Notes: a model not told the origin generated them from the sequence alone. A stretch of DNA of 64,000 nt from Sterolibacterium sp. (GCA_019105045.1 JAHRWT010000056.1:207-64206), one strand, 5' to 3'; counted from the first letter of the stretch, positions 50,854 through 61,562 are shown. Made by a program: numbers and translations.

Positions 50854-51323
50854 GTGACATTCAGCTGGCCCGGGCCCATCAGACGGATGACCCCGCTGGC
50901 CACGCGCTGCGAACCCAGCAGCGATGATTCCAGGCTTTCGCTGTATTCGGCAACTTCATACCCTTCAAAGCCACCATACTGCACCAGTTCGCGCGCCCGT
51001 CGCATGAACAGCTGCCGGGCCTCACCAGCACCACCCGCCGACACCCGTTTCATTTTCAGCATCAGATGCACATGGTTGTCCGGCAGCGGTGCCTGTTCGA
51101 TTTCCCAGTTGGGGGCGAGTGGATCGAGCACCAGATAGGCAATTCCCGCATACGCGCCCCAGAAAACGACTTTCTCCAGCGGCAGGCCGAAAGAAGTGGT
51201 CAGTTGCAAGGATTTGTTGGGCACCAGTCCCGTTGCATTCAACTTGCCCGGACTGGCACAGGCGGCCAGCCCGAGCAGGGCAGACAGACCGATCAATGCA
51301 ACACAGGAAGACAGCCAGCGCAT
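50817..51323 (-). CDS. Hypothetical lipoprotein at end of flg operon
   Basis: Lipobox LAA-C; starts 3 nt after flgL stop; 3' end overlaps fliR by 37 nt. Confidence 0.75.
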   Translation of the reverse strand: MRWLSSCVALIGLSALLGLAACASPGKLNATGLVPNKSLQLTTSFGLPLEKVVFWGAYAGIAYLVLDPLAPNWEIEQAPLPDNHVHLMLKMKRVSAGGAGEARQLFMRRARELVQYGGFEGYEVAEYSESLESSLLGSQRVASGVIRLMGPGQLNVTQGTAAGSAPPA

Positions 51324-51326
51324 GTT

Positions 51327-52661
51327 TCAGATGTAGTTGAACAGGGAAAGTTTGGAAGTCTGGGCAAAGGATTGCTGCGCGGCCTGCAGTTGAATCTGCG
51401 TGCGCATCAGGTCAGACAATGCCTTGGCAAAATCCGTATCCTGCAAATCCGAAAGACGCTGCTGGTATTGCACGTTGAGATCACTGTTGAGCGTTTCCAG
51501 CATCTCGATGCGGTTCATTCGGGAACCAATACCGGAACGCACCGCCAGAAAGTTTTCTTCAGACTGATCAAAATTACCCAGCGCCAAGGCGATTTCATTG
51601 CTCATGCGCGTCTGGTCATGACTGCCGGAAGCGGGCTGTTCCAGCGCCTGAATGAAACGTGACAGCGTTTCGAACACGCTCTGGCTGCCGCTGGATTTCA
51701 GGCTGAAACTGTCGCCATCCGCCGGCTGACCAGTGAGCATCACATTGGCACCGAAACTTCCTCCCCCATAGGCAACATCCAGCCCGCTGAAGCTGATCGG
51801 CTGACCCGGCACGTAGGCATGTGTATACGTATTATCCGAACCGCCTGCGGTCGATGGCGCAGTCAAGGGATCACCCGGATCCCGGTAGAGCGAGAACCCC
51901 GTTCCCGCATCGACCAGATCGTAATAAACCGCGTTTTGCGGACCGATCGTACCCATCTCATCAACCCAGAAGCGGATTTCCAGATGGCCGCTATTCGATG
52001 CGTCATGCCAGGCCGCCGCATCGACGACATTGCTGCCGCTGATGCGTGCGCCACCCGTATTTGACGAATCATAATCCAACGAAAACACACCATTGCCGCT
52101 GGCAATGCGGTTGAAAATGCGGTTACCCGAATCGCTGACAGCCACTTGCTGTGATGAGGAAACCTGCAGGGCGCGCTGGCCATCGTCGCCAAAATAAGCC
52201 ACACCGGACTCTACCGTGCCGGCAAAAGGCTGAACGTTGCCCTGATAACCGGCAAACACGAATTGACCGCTGGCATCCTGGGTGTTGGCAAGCCCCAGCA
52301 GATGTTCGAAACTGGCCCGCAACTGTACAGCGATGCTTTTCCGGTCGGCATCGGACAAACCCGGGTTGCCTGCCTGTACCACCAGGGTGCGCGCCTCGCT
52401 CAACACATCGCCAGCGCTTTTCAGCTGGCTTTCAACAAAGGCCAGGGTCGAGTTCGCATTGTCATGCGCCTTCTTGTATTGTTGGGTCAGATCAATCGCC
52501 TGATTGGCCTGCAGTATGCCAACCGCAGCCACCGGATCATCCGCCGGCGTCAGCACCTTGCGGCCAGTGGATAGCTGCTGCTGGGTTTGCAGCAACTGCG
52601 AAGACAGCTTGCCCAAGGAAGTCAGTCCCGAGTCAAAGATCATTCCTGTACTGATGCGCAT
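51327..52661 (-). CDS. flgL: Hook-filament junction protein 3
   Basis: MRIST, QLSTG..PADDPVAA, ANTQDASGQFVFAG, LSLFNYI. Confidence 0.95.
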   Translation of the reverse strand: MRISTGMIFDSGLTSLGKLSSQLLQTQQQLSTGRKVLTPADDPVAAVGILQANQAIDLTQQYKKAHDNANSTLAFVESQLKSAGDVLSEARTLVVQAGNPGLSDADRKSIAVQLRASFEHLLGLANTQDASGQFVFAGYQGNVQPFAGTVESGVAYFGDDGQRALQVSSSQQVAVSDSGNRIFNRIASGNGVFSLDYDSSNTGGARISGSNVVDAAAWHDASNSGHLEIRFWVDEMGTIGPQNAVYYDLVDAGTGFSLYRDPGDPLTAPSTAGGSDNTYTHAYVPGQPISFSGLDVAYGGGSFGANVMLTGQPADGDSFSLKSSGSQSVFETLSRFIQALEQPASGSHDQTRMSNEIALALGNFDQSEENFLAVRSGIGSRMNRIEMLETLNSDLNVQYQQRLSDLQDTDFAKALSDLMRTQIQLQAAQQSFAQTSKLSLFNYI

Positions 52662-52678
52662 AGTGGGCTCCTGCCTGA

Positions 52679-54616
52679 TTAGAGTGACAGCAAGGATTCA
52701 AACAGTTTTTCACTCACGGAAATCAACCGTGCCGCCGCCTGGTAGGCTTGCTGGAAACGCAGCAGATTGGCGGCTTCTTCATCCAGATTGACGCTGGATA
52801 CCGAGTCGCGCGCACGCTGCGACTGCTCAAGCAAGGACTCCTGCGCCGCGCGATTGACCTGAACGGCACGCGCCTTGTTACCAATCTGATTGACCATGCT
52901 TGCATACGAATCCTGCAAGCTGGCCGTGCCGCCATTGAGCAGCCTGGCTGTCTGCAACTGCCCCAGCAACAGGGCATTGCGGTTGTCCGAAACGCCGCTG
53001 CTGTTTGCCGTGATACTGAAAGTATCGCCACCATCGGGCGTGCCGGTGATCTGGAAGTTCATGCCATTGAAGCTGATCGTGGCCCCATTGGCATAAGGCA
53101 GCAGATCCGTCAGCGCAGCAATGGTGACCGGCGCGCCGCCACCCACACTGACCTGCGCGCCGACCGGGAAGCCGCTCAGGTTACCCGCACCATCATAAGT
53201 CAACGTGATGCCAGCCATCAGGGGAGCGAAACCCGGCTCGACCTGGCCTGCGCTGATTTTTGCGTTGCCGGTATTCGTCAGGCTGGCCGCCGTCCGCACC
53301 GGCGCTGCCAGCGCAATGTCATTCGTGTTGTCGAGGGCAACCGCGATATCGCGCGCCCCCGCCCGGACAGGTTGCAGCAAATAGCTGGCACCCGCCGGCG
53401 CCGGCGCAGACGGCACGATCTTCAGGCCATCGATACTGGCCGGCAACATCGCGTTGTCAACCAACACCACGTTATCTGACAGGCGCGTCAAGGTGTAATT
53501 GCCACCGCCATTCGACACCAGCTGGTAATCGCTGGCCTTCAACTGACCAACGTCATCAAAACTCACGTCGACATTCACTTGCGGCAGCGGATTGAGCGGA
53601 TTGGGCAAGACCCTGGGGGACGATATGCTGAAGAAATCCTTACCCATTTCGCCCTGCAGATCCTGCCCCAGCCGATGCTGGTCATTGAACGACTGCGCCA
53701 GAACAATTGCTATGCGCCCCAGCTCATTCTGGACGCTATTGAGGGACTCATTGCGAAAAGCGATCAGGCCGCCGAGAGCCCCCCCCGTCAGCAAACGATC
53801 GGGCAGTTCCATGCTGCTGCCCCCGGGCAACAGCATGGCCACATTGGTTCGCAAGGGATCATGCTCATCCGGTTTGCTCACCAGTGTCGATACCGTATTA
53901 CCGACCAGCAGCGGCTGACCCGTGCCGATGAACAGGTTATAACCGCCATCATCCTGCGGCAGAACAGTGACACGGATTTTCTGGTTGAGCTCGTTGATCA
54001 AGGTATCACGCAGATCCATCAGATCATTGGGCGACTGCCCCTGACCGGCCGACTGCGCCACGATGATACGTTCATTGACATCGGCAATCTGTCGCGCGTA
54101 GGTGTTGATCGCCGCCACCTCACTGGCGATCTGGGTATTGACCTGGCTGCTGATCTGGTCGAACCGCTCATTCATGTCGTGGAAGCGGGCAACCAGCGTC
54201 TGCGCATCGGACAGGAAAGCCTGGCGCGATGACGTGGACGCGGGGTTCGCCGACAATTGGTTCAGACTGCTGAAAAAACCGGTGAAGGCGGGCCCCATGC
54301 CGGCGTTGCTGTCGGCAACCAGATTGGAAATCTGGTCTATCTGCTGCTGGTAACTGGCCATCGCAGACACATTGGTCTGTGCATTCAACACCTGAGCCGT
54401 CAGGTATTCGTTATATACCCGTCTGACCGTATCGATATTGACCCCCTGGCCAAAGAAACCTGAGCCGGTAAACATCGGCTCGTTCGCGCTTTGCACGATT
54501 TGCTGACGCGTATAGCCCGGCGTGGAGGCATTGGTAATGTTCTGCCCGGTCACGGCCAGATTGGCCTGGGCGGCGTTCAGCCCCGTCACGCCGATACTTA
54601 GTATGCTGGCACCCAT
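52679..54616 (-). CDS. flgK: Hook-filament junction protein 1
   Basis: NITNASTPGYTRQ, PNDLMDLRD, VNLDEEAANLLRFQQAYQA. Confidence 0.96.
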   Translation of the reverse strand: MGASILSIGVTGLNAAQANLAVTGQNITNASTPGYTRQQIVQSANEPMFTGSGFFGQGVNIDTVRRVYNEYLTAQVLNAQTNVSAMASYQQQIDQISNLVADSNAGMGPAFTGFFSSLNQLSANPASTSSRQAFLSDAQTLVARFHDMNERFDQISSQVNTQIASEVAAINTYARQIADVNERIIVAQSAGQGQSPNDLMDLRDTLINELNQKIRVTVLPQDDGGYNLFIGTGQPLLVGNTVSTLVSKPDEHDPLRTNVAMLLPGGSSMELPDRLLTGGALGGLIAFRNESLNSVQNELGRIAIVLAQSFNDQHRLGQDLQGEMGKDFFSISSPRVLPNPLNPLPQVNVDVSFDDVGQLKASDYQLVSNGGGNYTLTRLSDNVVLVDNAMLPASIDGLKIVPSAPAPAGASYLLQPVRAGARDIAVALDNTNDIALAAPVRTAASLTNTGNAKISAGQVEPGFAPLMAGITLTYDGAGNLSGFPVGAQVSVGGGAPVTIAALTDLLPYANGATISFNGMNFQITGTPDGGDTFSITANSSGVSDNRNALLLGQLQTARLLNGGTASLQDSYASMVNQIGNKARAVQVNRAAQESLLEQSQRARDSVSSVNLDEEAANLLRFQQAYQAAARLISVSEKLFESLLSL

Positions 54617-54683
54617 GATCGCTCCAAAGTGTCACCCGGTTAACGGCAAAACTTGCCGCAAATTAAGTTCTCACCGGATAATC

Positions 54684-54699
54684 AGCAATCTTCGTGCCA
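54684..54699 (-). promoter_or_regulatory. Sigma54 promoter upstream of flgK
   Basis: Minus strand TGGCAC-GAAGA-TTGCT. Confidence 0.82.
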
Positions 54700-54731
54700 C
54701 ATCGGGTGAAACCACCCGACGATTGTCGCGA

Positions 54732-55796
54732 TCAACTCTGCTGCAGACCACTTCGCAGTGTTGGCCCTTCGATGATGCGTGCCAGTTTGCTGGCATACAG
54801 GGGATCTGTAGCATAGCCGGCCTGTTGCAGACCACGGGCAAAGCTCACCGCATCGCGGGTCCCGAGCACATCAGCATAGCGCGGGCTCGATGCCAGCAGC
54901 CGGGCGTAATCCTGAAAAGCCTCCGCATGGGAGGCATAGACGCGGAAACGCGCTTTCTCTCGCTGGGCCAGGCCATTGACCACTTCGGTCGTCATCGATT
55001 CGACCACCGGGCCGGACCAGTCACGACTGGCCTTGATGCCGAACAGATTGTGACTGGGACTGCCGTCCGGCAAACGCGGCTCGGCCTTGCCCCAGCCGGT
55101 TTCCAGCGCAGCCTGGGCCACCATGAAATGCGCCGGAATGCCGGTGGCGCGGCTGGCTTGCTGAGCGTGGGGCCAGACCTGCTCGATGAAACGCCGCGCC
55201 CCCGCAGACACCTCAAACGGCGCAGATGAGGTTGCCGGCACGACGCTATCCGGCGGGGGCGATGTCGATGTATCTAGCGCAGGCGCAGTCGATTGACCGG
55301 TGGCAAGCGGGGCCGCCGTGGCCCGTGCGCCAACCAGGGTTTGTTTCAGCGTCCTCAGACTGACCGGCAACCTATCTTCAGTCATCACTGGCGGCACCGG
55401 CAAGCCGGCGGATGAATCCAGCGGCAAGGCCGGCGCGGCCGGATGCAAAGGCAATTCGCCCAGCGGCGGCACATCCGTGCTCGCTCCCAGCTGTGCCAGT
55501 TGCTTTTCTATCATGGCCGCCAGACCCAGCCCTTTGCCCGTGGTCGATAGCACTTGCGCCAGTTGCTGATCGTGTATCGATTCGAACATGCGCGCCTGCT
55601 CGCTGTCGAACAGTCCTTCACGCGGTGTGGCATCGCGCATGGTCTTGAGGACGATCTGCAGGAACAGGGCCTCGAACTGCTGGGCAATCGCCTTGTTGGC
55701 AGCGGGCGTATTGACGCGTGCCTCCTGTCTGAGCGCATCCAGCCCGCGCAGATCAAGCGCCAGCTGGGTGCTTTGGCTGGAGACGGGAGTGGTCAT
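54732..55796 (-). CDS. flgJ: Flagellar rod cap / peptidoglycan hydrolase
   Basis: AQQFEALF rod-binding domain; AQAALETGWG, NLFGIKA, GYATDP muramidase motifs. Confidence 0.95.
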   Translation of the reverse strand: MTTPVSSQSTQLALDLRGLDALRQEARVNTPAANKAIAQQFEALFLQIVLKTMRDATPREGLFDSEQARMFESIHDQQLAQVLSTTGKGLGLAAMIEKQLAQLGASTDVPPLGELPLHPAAPALPLDSSAGLPVPPVMTEDRLPVSLRTLKQTLVGARATAAPLATGQSTAPALDTSTSPPPDSVVPATSSAPFEVSAGARRFIEQVWPHAQQASRATGIPAHFMVAQAALETGWGKAEPRLPDGSPSHNLFGIKASRDWSGPVVESMTTEVVNGLAQREKARFRVYASHAEAFQDYARLLASSPRYADVLGTRDAVSFARGLQQAGYATDPLYASKLARIIEGPTLRSGLQQS

Positions 55797-55855
55797 TCGC
55801 ATAGCTTACGCTCCGAATGGCAGACAGATGCGACAAAAAGATGGGGTTTTTGCGG

Positions 55856-56968
55856 TCAGATGATTTCTAGTTCTGCCCGCAAGGCACCGGCAGTCCGCAT
55901 GGCTTGCAGTATGGCGATCAGATCAGCCGGATTGGCACCGATGGCATTCAGCGCCTTGACCACATCGGCCAGATTGGCGCCAGGCTGGACATTCACCAGA
56001 CCACCGCCTTCTTGCTGGATGTTGATCTGTGCATTGCTCACCCCGGCCGTCTGCCCGGCGGCCAGCGGATTGGGCTGGCTGACGGCATTTTCTGCCGTGA
56101 CATTGACGGAAAGATTGCCGTGCGCCACGGCACAGTTGTCGAGCGTGACCGCCTGGTTCATCACCACCGATCCGGTACGGCTGTTGATGATAACCTTAGC
56201 CGATTGCTGCACCGGCGTGACCTGCAGGTTTTCCAGACGGCCAATGAAGGCCACCCGTTCATTCGTGTTCAGCGGTGCCCGCACGCGGATCTGCCGGCCA
56301 TCCACGGCCGTGGCTACGCCGGGCTGGCCAAGATTGATGGCATCGACTACCCGCTGCACCGTGCCGAAATCGGTTTCCCTGAGTTCAAAATAAACATATT
56401 CGCCTTCTCCCAGGGCGGTTGTCACTTCACGCTCAACCGTGGCGCCGCCAGCAATGCGCCCCACCGACAGATGATTCACCGTGGCCTTGGAACCCGCGCC
56501 TGAAGCGCCCGCACCACTGACCACGACATTGCCCTGCGCGATGGCATAAATCTGCCCGTCCGCACCTTTCAAGGGCGTCATTACCAACGTGCCCCCACGC
56601 AGCGATTTGGCATTGCCCATCGACGATACGGTGATATCGACTTGCTGGCCGGCACGGGCAAATGGCGGCAGGGTCGCCGTGACCATCACCGCCGCCACGT
56701 TCTTCAATTGCAGGCTGGTGCCCGGCGGCAGCGCAATCCCCATGTTGGACAGCATGTTGATGATGCCTTGCACCGTGAAAGGTGTCTGCGTGGTCTGGTC
56801 ACCACTGCCATCCAGGCCGACCACCAGACCATAGCCCACCAGCTGGTTGTTGCGCACCCCGGCAATCGAGGCCAGATCCTTGATGCGCTCGGCGCGGGCC
56901 GGCTGCACCTGGAACAAACAGCACAGGATCAGCAGAAACATCCACAGGGAAAAGCGCGACAGACTCAC
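55856..56968 (-). CDS. flgI: Flagellar P-ring protein
   Basis: RIKDL, NQLVGYGLVVGLDGSGD, SLRGGTL, GALRAELEII. Confidence 0.97.
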   Translation of the reverse strand: MSLSRFSLWMFLLILCCLFQVQPARAERIKDLASIAGVRNNQLVGYGLVVGLDGSGDQTTQTPFTVQGIINMLSNMGIALPPGTSLQLKNVAAVMVTATLPPFARAGQQVDITVSSMGNAKSLRGGTLVMTPLKGADGQIYAIAQGNVVVSGAGASGAGSKATVNHLSVGRIAGGATVEREVTTALGEGEYVYFELRETDFGTVQRVVDAINLGQPGVATAVDGRQIRVRAPLNTNERVAFIGRLENLQVTPVQQSAKVIINSRTGSVVMNQAVTLDNCAVAHGNLSVNVTAENAVSQPNPLAAGQTAGVSNAQINIQQEGGGLVNVQPGANLADVVKALNAIGANPADLIAILQAMRTAGALRAELEII

Positions 56969-56977
56969 CAGAAGCTC

Positions 56978-57664
56978 CTAGATCGGCATGAAGGACAGGA
57001 AAAACCGGCTCAGCCAGCCCATCACCTGAGCCGAATCGATAAAGCCATTGGCTTTGTATTCGATACGTGCATCGGCCACCTGGGTCGATTGCACGCTATT
57101 GGTTGCCGTGATGGTGGCCGGATTCACCACACCAGAGAAGCGGATGAATTCCTCACCTTCCTTGAGGCCGATCTGCTTCTCGCCAGAAACCAGCAGATTG
57201 CCGTTGCTCAGCACTTCGACCACCGTCACCGTCAGTGAACTGGTGAAATTGTTGCTTGACACATTCTGCCCCTTGCCGTTGAAACCACTGTTGCTGGACG
57301 CTCTGAGCTCCATGTCCTGCAAGGTCTTTATCGGCAGACCGGCAACCATCGGCACATCCGCCGACATGCTGCTTGTACGAGTGGTCTTGTTTTCAGAATT
57401 TTTTGAGGCAGCGGTTTTTTCGGTGATGTTGATGACCAGCGTATCGCCGATAAACCGTGCCCGCCTGTCTTCGAACAGGGGACGCGCCGAGGCCACGCTG
57501 TAAATCGCCCCATTGGCCGCCGGCGCCTGGCTGCGCGGTTCGGGCCGCGCCGTCATCGGCTGATGCACGTTGGTCGGCGGCACCGTGCCCGGGCTGGCAC
57601 AGCCCACCAGGCCGGCAAAAACCAGCAGGCAAAAGCGCAACGACAGAGACTCGAAAAAACGCAT
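56978..57664 (-). CDS. flgH: Flagellar L-ring lipoprotein
   Basis: Lipobox LVG-C, LFEDRRA, NGNL..GEK, VADARIEY, GWLSRFF. Confidence 0.96.
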   Translation of the reverse strand: MRFFESLSLRFCLLVFAGLVGCASPGTVPPTNVHQPMTARPEPRSQAPAANGAIYSVASARPLFEDRRARFIGDTLVINITEKTAASKNSENKTTRTSSMSADVPMVAGLPIKTLQDMELRASSNSGFNGKGQNVSSNNFTSSLTVTVVEVLSNGNLLVSGEKQIGLKEGEEFIRFSGVVNPATITATNSVQSTQVADARIEYKANGFIDSAQVMGWLSRFFLSFMPI

Positions 57665-57691
57665 GGCACGGCTCCGGATCATATCAATACG

Positions 57692-58474
57692 TCAGAGATT
57701 GGCCAGTTTGGCCAGCATCTGGTCGGAAGTCGAAATCACCTTGGAGTTCATTTCATAGGCGCGCTGGGTCTGAATCATGGTGACCAACTCCTCGGCCATG
57801 TTGACGTTGGAGGCTTCGACATAACCCTGGTTGAGCACCCCGGTCCCGTTGGTGCCCGGGGTATTCGGCGAGGGCGTGCCGCTGGACGCGGTTTCGACGA
57901 AGAAATTCTCGCCCACGCTCTGCAGGCCGCCGGGATTGACGAAACTGGCAATTTGTATGCTGCCGACTTCCGTCGGCGCCACTGCGCCGGCCTGCATCAC
58001 AGAAACCACGCCATCGCGGGCGATGGTGATTGTTACCGCATCGTCGGGAATGGTCAGCGCGGGCGAAAGCGGATAGCCGCTGGACGTCACCACCAGACCA
58101 GTGCTGTCTTTCTGGAATGCACCATCGCGGGTATAGGCCAGCGTGCCGTCGGGCATTTCGATCTGGAAAAATCCCTGACCATTGATGGCGATGTCCAGCG
58201 AGTTGCTGGTCAGATTGAGATTACCCTGGCCGAAGTTCTTTTCCGTGGAAACCGGCCGCACGCCGGTACCCAACTGCAGACCGGAAGGAATCGTGGTCTG
58301 TTGCGACGACTGGGCGCCCGGCTGGCGCATGGTCTGGTACAGCAGATCCTCGAACACGGCGTGTGCCCGCTTGTAACCGTTGGTGCTGACGTTGGCCAGG
58401 TTATGGGCGATGACGTCGAGCTGGGTCTGCTGGGCATCGAGGCCGGTCTTGGCTATCCAGAGTGAGCGGATCAT
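57692..58474 (-). CDS. flgG: Flagellar distal rod protein
   Basis: [42 protein letters not shown]. Confidence 0.97.
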   Translation of the reverse strand: MIRSLWIAKTGLDAQQTQLDVIAHNLANVSTNGYKRAHAVFEDLLYQTMRQPGAQSSQQTTIPSGLQLGTGVRPVSTEKNFGQGNLNLTSNSLDIAINGQGFFQIEMPDGTLAYTRDGAFQKDSTGLVVTSSGYPLSPALTIPDDAVTITIARDGVVSVMQAGAVAPTEVGSIQIASFVNPGGLQSVGENFFVETASSGTPSPNTPGTNGTGVLNQGYVEASNVNMAEELVTMIQTQRAYEMNSKVISTSDQMLAKLANL

Positions 58475-58495
58475 GATTGAGCCCTGTAATTGAAA

Positions 58496-59236
58496 TCAGA
58501 GATTGCTGATGACCTGGGTGGCCGCCTGGTCATTGGCTGAAGCCAGATTCAGCATTTTCATTTGCATCTCAAACTGCCGAGCCAGCGAAATCATGGTCAC
58601 CATCTGCTCGGCCGCATTGACGTTGCTACCTTCCAGATAACCACTCGCCAACCTGGCGTTTTCCTCGGCCGGTGCGGCCTCACCACTACGCAAGCGGAAC
58701 AGGCCATCCTCGCCGCGTACCAGTTCGTTTTCGTCCGGATTCACCAGCTTGATGCGCCCCACGGCATTCACCGTATTCTGTTCGCCGCTGGCCGGCACTG
58801 CCGACACACTGCCATCCGTTCCGATGGACAATCTGACATCCGGCGGCACGCTGATCGGCCCGCCATCGCCTTGCACCGGAAGACCGTTCTTGGTCTGCAA
58901 CACACCATTGACATCGGTCTGCAAACTGCCATTGCGCGTATAGGCTTCGCTGCCATCGGGCATGGCCAGAGCGATCCAGCCAGGCCCCTGCACGGCCACG
59001 TCCAGCGCGCGACCGGTGGCCAGCATGGGACCACTGGCAAAGTTGGTATGGGTACTGGCATCGACCACAAAAGCGCGCGTCGGCAGGGCCTGGGATTGGA
59101 CCTGCACGGCGCGCAGCCGGTGCTCCTCGGCGCGATAGCCGGTCGAGGCGACATTGGCCAGATTGTGAGCCACCGCTGCCTGCCGACTCATGGTCTGCGA
59201 GGCACCGGTCATGGTGGTGTAGATCAGGCGGTCCAT
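58496..59236 (-). CDS. flgF: Flagellar proximal rod protein F
   Basis: MDRLIYT.MTGA, NLAN, EAYTRNG, LEGSNVN, RQFEMQMK. Confidence 0.96.
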   Translation of the reverse strand: MDRLIYTTMTGASQTMSRQAAVAHNLANVASTGYRAEEHRLRAVQVQSQALPTRAFVVDASTHTNFASGPMLATGRALDVAVQGPGWIALAMPDGSEAYTRNGSLQTDVNGVLQTKNGLPVQGDGGPISVPPDVRLSIGTDGSVSAVPASGEQNTVNAVGRIKLVNPDENELVRGEDGLFRLRSGEAAPAEENARLASGYLEGSNVNAAEQMVTMISLARQFEMQMKMLNLASANDQAATQVISNL

Positions 59237-59252
59237 GTTTCAGCGGCCTGGC

Positions 59253-60848
59253 TTAACGCAGGTTCACCAGGGTCTGCATGATCTGGTCCTGGGTCTTGAT
59301 GCTCTGCGCGTTGGCCTGGTAGGCGCGCTGCGCGGTGATCATATTGACCAGTTCTGCCGTCAGATCGACGTTGGCATCTTCCAGCGCGCCTGATTTCACC
59401 AGCCCCAGGTTGCCGGTTCCCGGGCCGCCCGGAATCGGCGAACCCGACTCGGTGGTTTCTGCCCACAGGTTGTTGCCCAGCGACTGCAGACCATTGGGAT
59501 TGTTGAAATTGGCCAGCACCAGTTGCCCCATGTTGCGCGACTGGCCGTTGGAGTAACGTCCCAGCACCGTGCCATCATTGGCAATGCTCAACCCGGACAG
59601 CTTGCCGGAGGTATAACCATCCTGGACCAGCGTATTGGTGCCGAAGGCAATCCCGTACTGGGTGGTCCCCGTCAGATCCAGATCAAAGGCCAGCGGCGAA
59701 AGAGCGCCGGTATACACCTGAAAGTTCTGCGGCAATTTGACACCGACAGCCGGCGTGACCAGCGTCCCCTTGCCGTTGAAGGTCAGATCGGTCGGCCCAT
59801 TGACTGCCGATCCGTCCAGTGTGGTGTAGAGCTGCCACTTGCCGGGCTCCGAAGTCTTGACGTAGTACAGCGACAGGGTATGGGGATTGCCCAGCGTATC
59901 GAATATCGTTTGTGCCGTGGATGCCGTATAGCTGTTGGTATTGTTGGGATCAAACATATCGATCCCTGTGGTGGCTGCAATGCTGCCCGAACCACTGTTG
60001 AAAATATCAGCAAACCCGGTATTGGCGCCATTGGCGGCCAGGCTGACGGTAGACCCATTGCCCAGCGCGCCCAGACTGCCCACGCTGCGTGACGTCAGAA
60101 TGAAGTTGTTCGTGTTATCGACCGTCACATCAACCTTGACCGTCGGCGGCAGACTGTTGTTGATGGCGTCCTGCAATGCGGCGGCCAGCTCTCCGCGCGA
60201 GCTATAGCTGCCGGCAGGCAGTGTGACCGTCGCGGGGATGCCATCCACCGTGACATTGAAACTGTCGTTGGCACCCGGCGTGACCGTATATGTCACCGGG
60301 CTGCCATTGCTGGTCAGGGTTCCGTGGGTCATCGACACGGGCGGCAGGGCGCGCGAATCGAGGTTGACCGAAACCTGACTGAGCGACGTCACTTTGGGAG
60401 CAATCGCTTCGTTGCTGACCTGCAGCGGCACGATATTGCCCGGAATGACAGCACCCGTCACCGGATCGGCGGCAAAACCTGTCAGCTTGAGGCCGCCGTT
60501 GTTGATGATGAAACCTTCACGGTCGAGCAGAAACTGACCATTGCGGGAATAGCTGATGCTGCCGTTATTGTCCAGACGGAAGAAGCCCCCGCCGTTGATG
60601 GCGATATCCAGCGGATTGTTGGTGGTGGTCAGGTTGCCCTGAGTGAATTGCTGGCGCACGCCATCCACCCGGGCACCGATACCGATCGACGAAGAACCGC
60701 CGCCTTGCATGGAAACGGCAAAGACGTCGGCAAACTGGGCGGTCGCCCCCTTGAAACCGGCCGTGCTGCCGTTGGCGATGTTGTTGCCGATGGCATTGAG
60801 CGAGGCGTTGGCAACATTCAATCCGCTGAGTGCTTGCTGAAAGCTCAT
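59253..60848 (-). CDS. flgE: Flagellar hook protein (with internal insertion)
   Basis: MSFQQALSGLN, GNNIAN, YSRNGQF, NVDLTAELV, QRAYQANAQSIKTQD. Confidence 0.96.
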   Translation of the reverse strand: MSFQQALSGLNVANASLNAIGNNIANGSTAGFKGATAQFADVFAVSMQGGGSSSIGIGARVDGVRQQFTQGNLTTTNNPLDIAINGGGFFRLDNNGSISYSRNGQFLLDREGFIINNGGLKLTGFAADPVTGAVIPGNIVPLQVSNEAIAPKVTSLSQVSVNLDSRALPPVSMTHGTLTSNGSPVTYTVTPGANDSFNVTVDGIPATVTLPAGSYSSRGELAAALQDAINNSLPPTVKVDVTVDNTNNFILTSRSVGSLGALGNGSTVSLAANGANTGFADIFNSGSGSIAATTGIDMFDPNNTNSYTASTAQTIFDTLGNPHTLSLYYVKTSEPGKWQLYTTLDGSAVNGPTDLTFNGKGTLVTPAVGVKLPQNFQVYTGALSPLAFDLDLTGTTQYGIAFGTNTLVQDGYTSGKLSGLSIANDGTVLGRYSNGQSRNMGQLVLANFNNPNGLQSLGNNLWAETTESGSPIPGGPGTGNLGLVKSGALEDANVDLTAELVNMITAQRAYQANAQSIKTQDQIMQTLVNLR

Positions 60849-60857
60849 GTTCGTCTC

Positions 60858-61562
60858 CTAGATGATTTGCTTGACATCGGACAGGCTGACCAGCGTGTCC
60901 TGATTACCTACCGTCAGGGCAATGCCCTGGCTGTTCCTGACAACGCTGGTGACTGCAACATATTCCAGCGGCGTGGCACTGACACTTTCACCGCCCTGCT
61001 TGGCGCTGAAGCTGACCGAATACATGCCGTCAGCTGCCGGCTCGCCGTTATCGGCGATGCCATCCCAGGTGTAGTTACCCGTCCCGGCGTCGCGCGCACC
61101 CAGCTCCAATGTGCGGACGACCATGCCGTTGGCATCCTTGATGGTGGCTACCACGCTATCCGCCACGCCGGCCATATCGATGCCGCCGATCGACTGACCA
61201 TCCTTCAGCGTCAGGTTGTTGCCCTGCACCAGCACGGCATGACCGATCAGCGCCGCCATCTGCAAGGTCTGACTTTCCGTCGAACTGTTGAGCATGGACT
61301 GCATGGTGGCATTGAGCTTGGTAATGCCATCGACCGTACTGATCTGCGCCAGCTGCGAAGTCATCTGTGCATTGTCGAGCGGATTCAGCGGATCCTGGTT
61401 CTTCAGCTGCGCCGTGAGCAGCTTCAGGAAACGATCCTGGGCTGAATCGTTGGCATCGGCGGCATTGGCCGCGCCCGCGGCCTTGCCCGATTTGGCTGCA
61501 CTCTGGTTGGCGCTGTTGATGGCGTCAAACGCGGCAGCGTTGTTGTCGGTATTGATACTCAT
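60858..61562 (-). CDS. flgD: Flagellar hook cap protein
   Basis: FLKLLTAQLKNQDPLNP, SQLAQISTVDGI, WDG. Confidence 0.96.
   Translation of the reverse strand: MSINTDNNAAAFDAINSANQSAAKSGKAAGAANAADANDSAQDRFLKLLTAQLKNQDPLNPLDNAQMTSQLAQISTVDGITKLNATMQSMLNSSTESQTLQMAALIGHAVLVQGNNLTLKDGQSIGGIDMAGVADSVVATIKDANGMVVRTLELGARDAGTGNYTWDGIADNGEPAADGMYSVSFSAKQGGESVSATPLEYVAVTSVVRNSQGIALTVGNQDTLVSLSDVKQII

Noticed and set aside
57664-57680. TGGCACGG on the plus strand as a sigma54 site
   Set aside because: Lacks the -12 TGC element and points antisense to the flg operon
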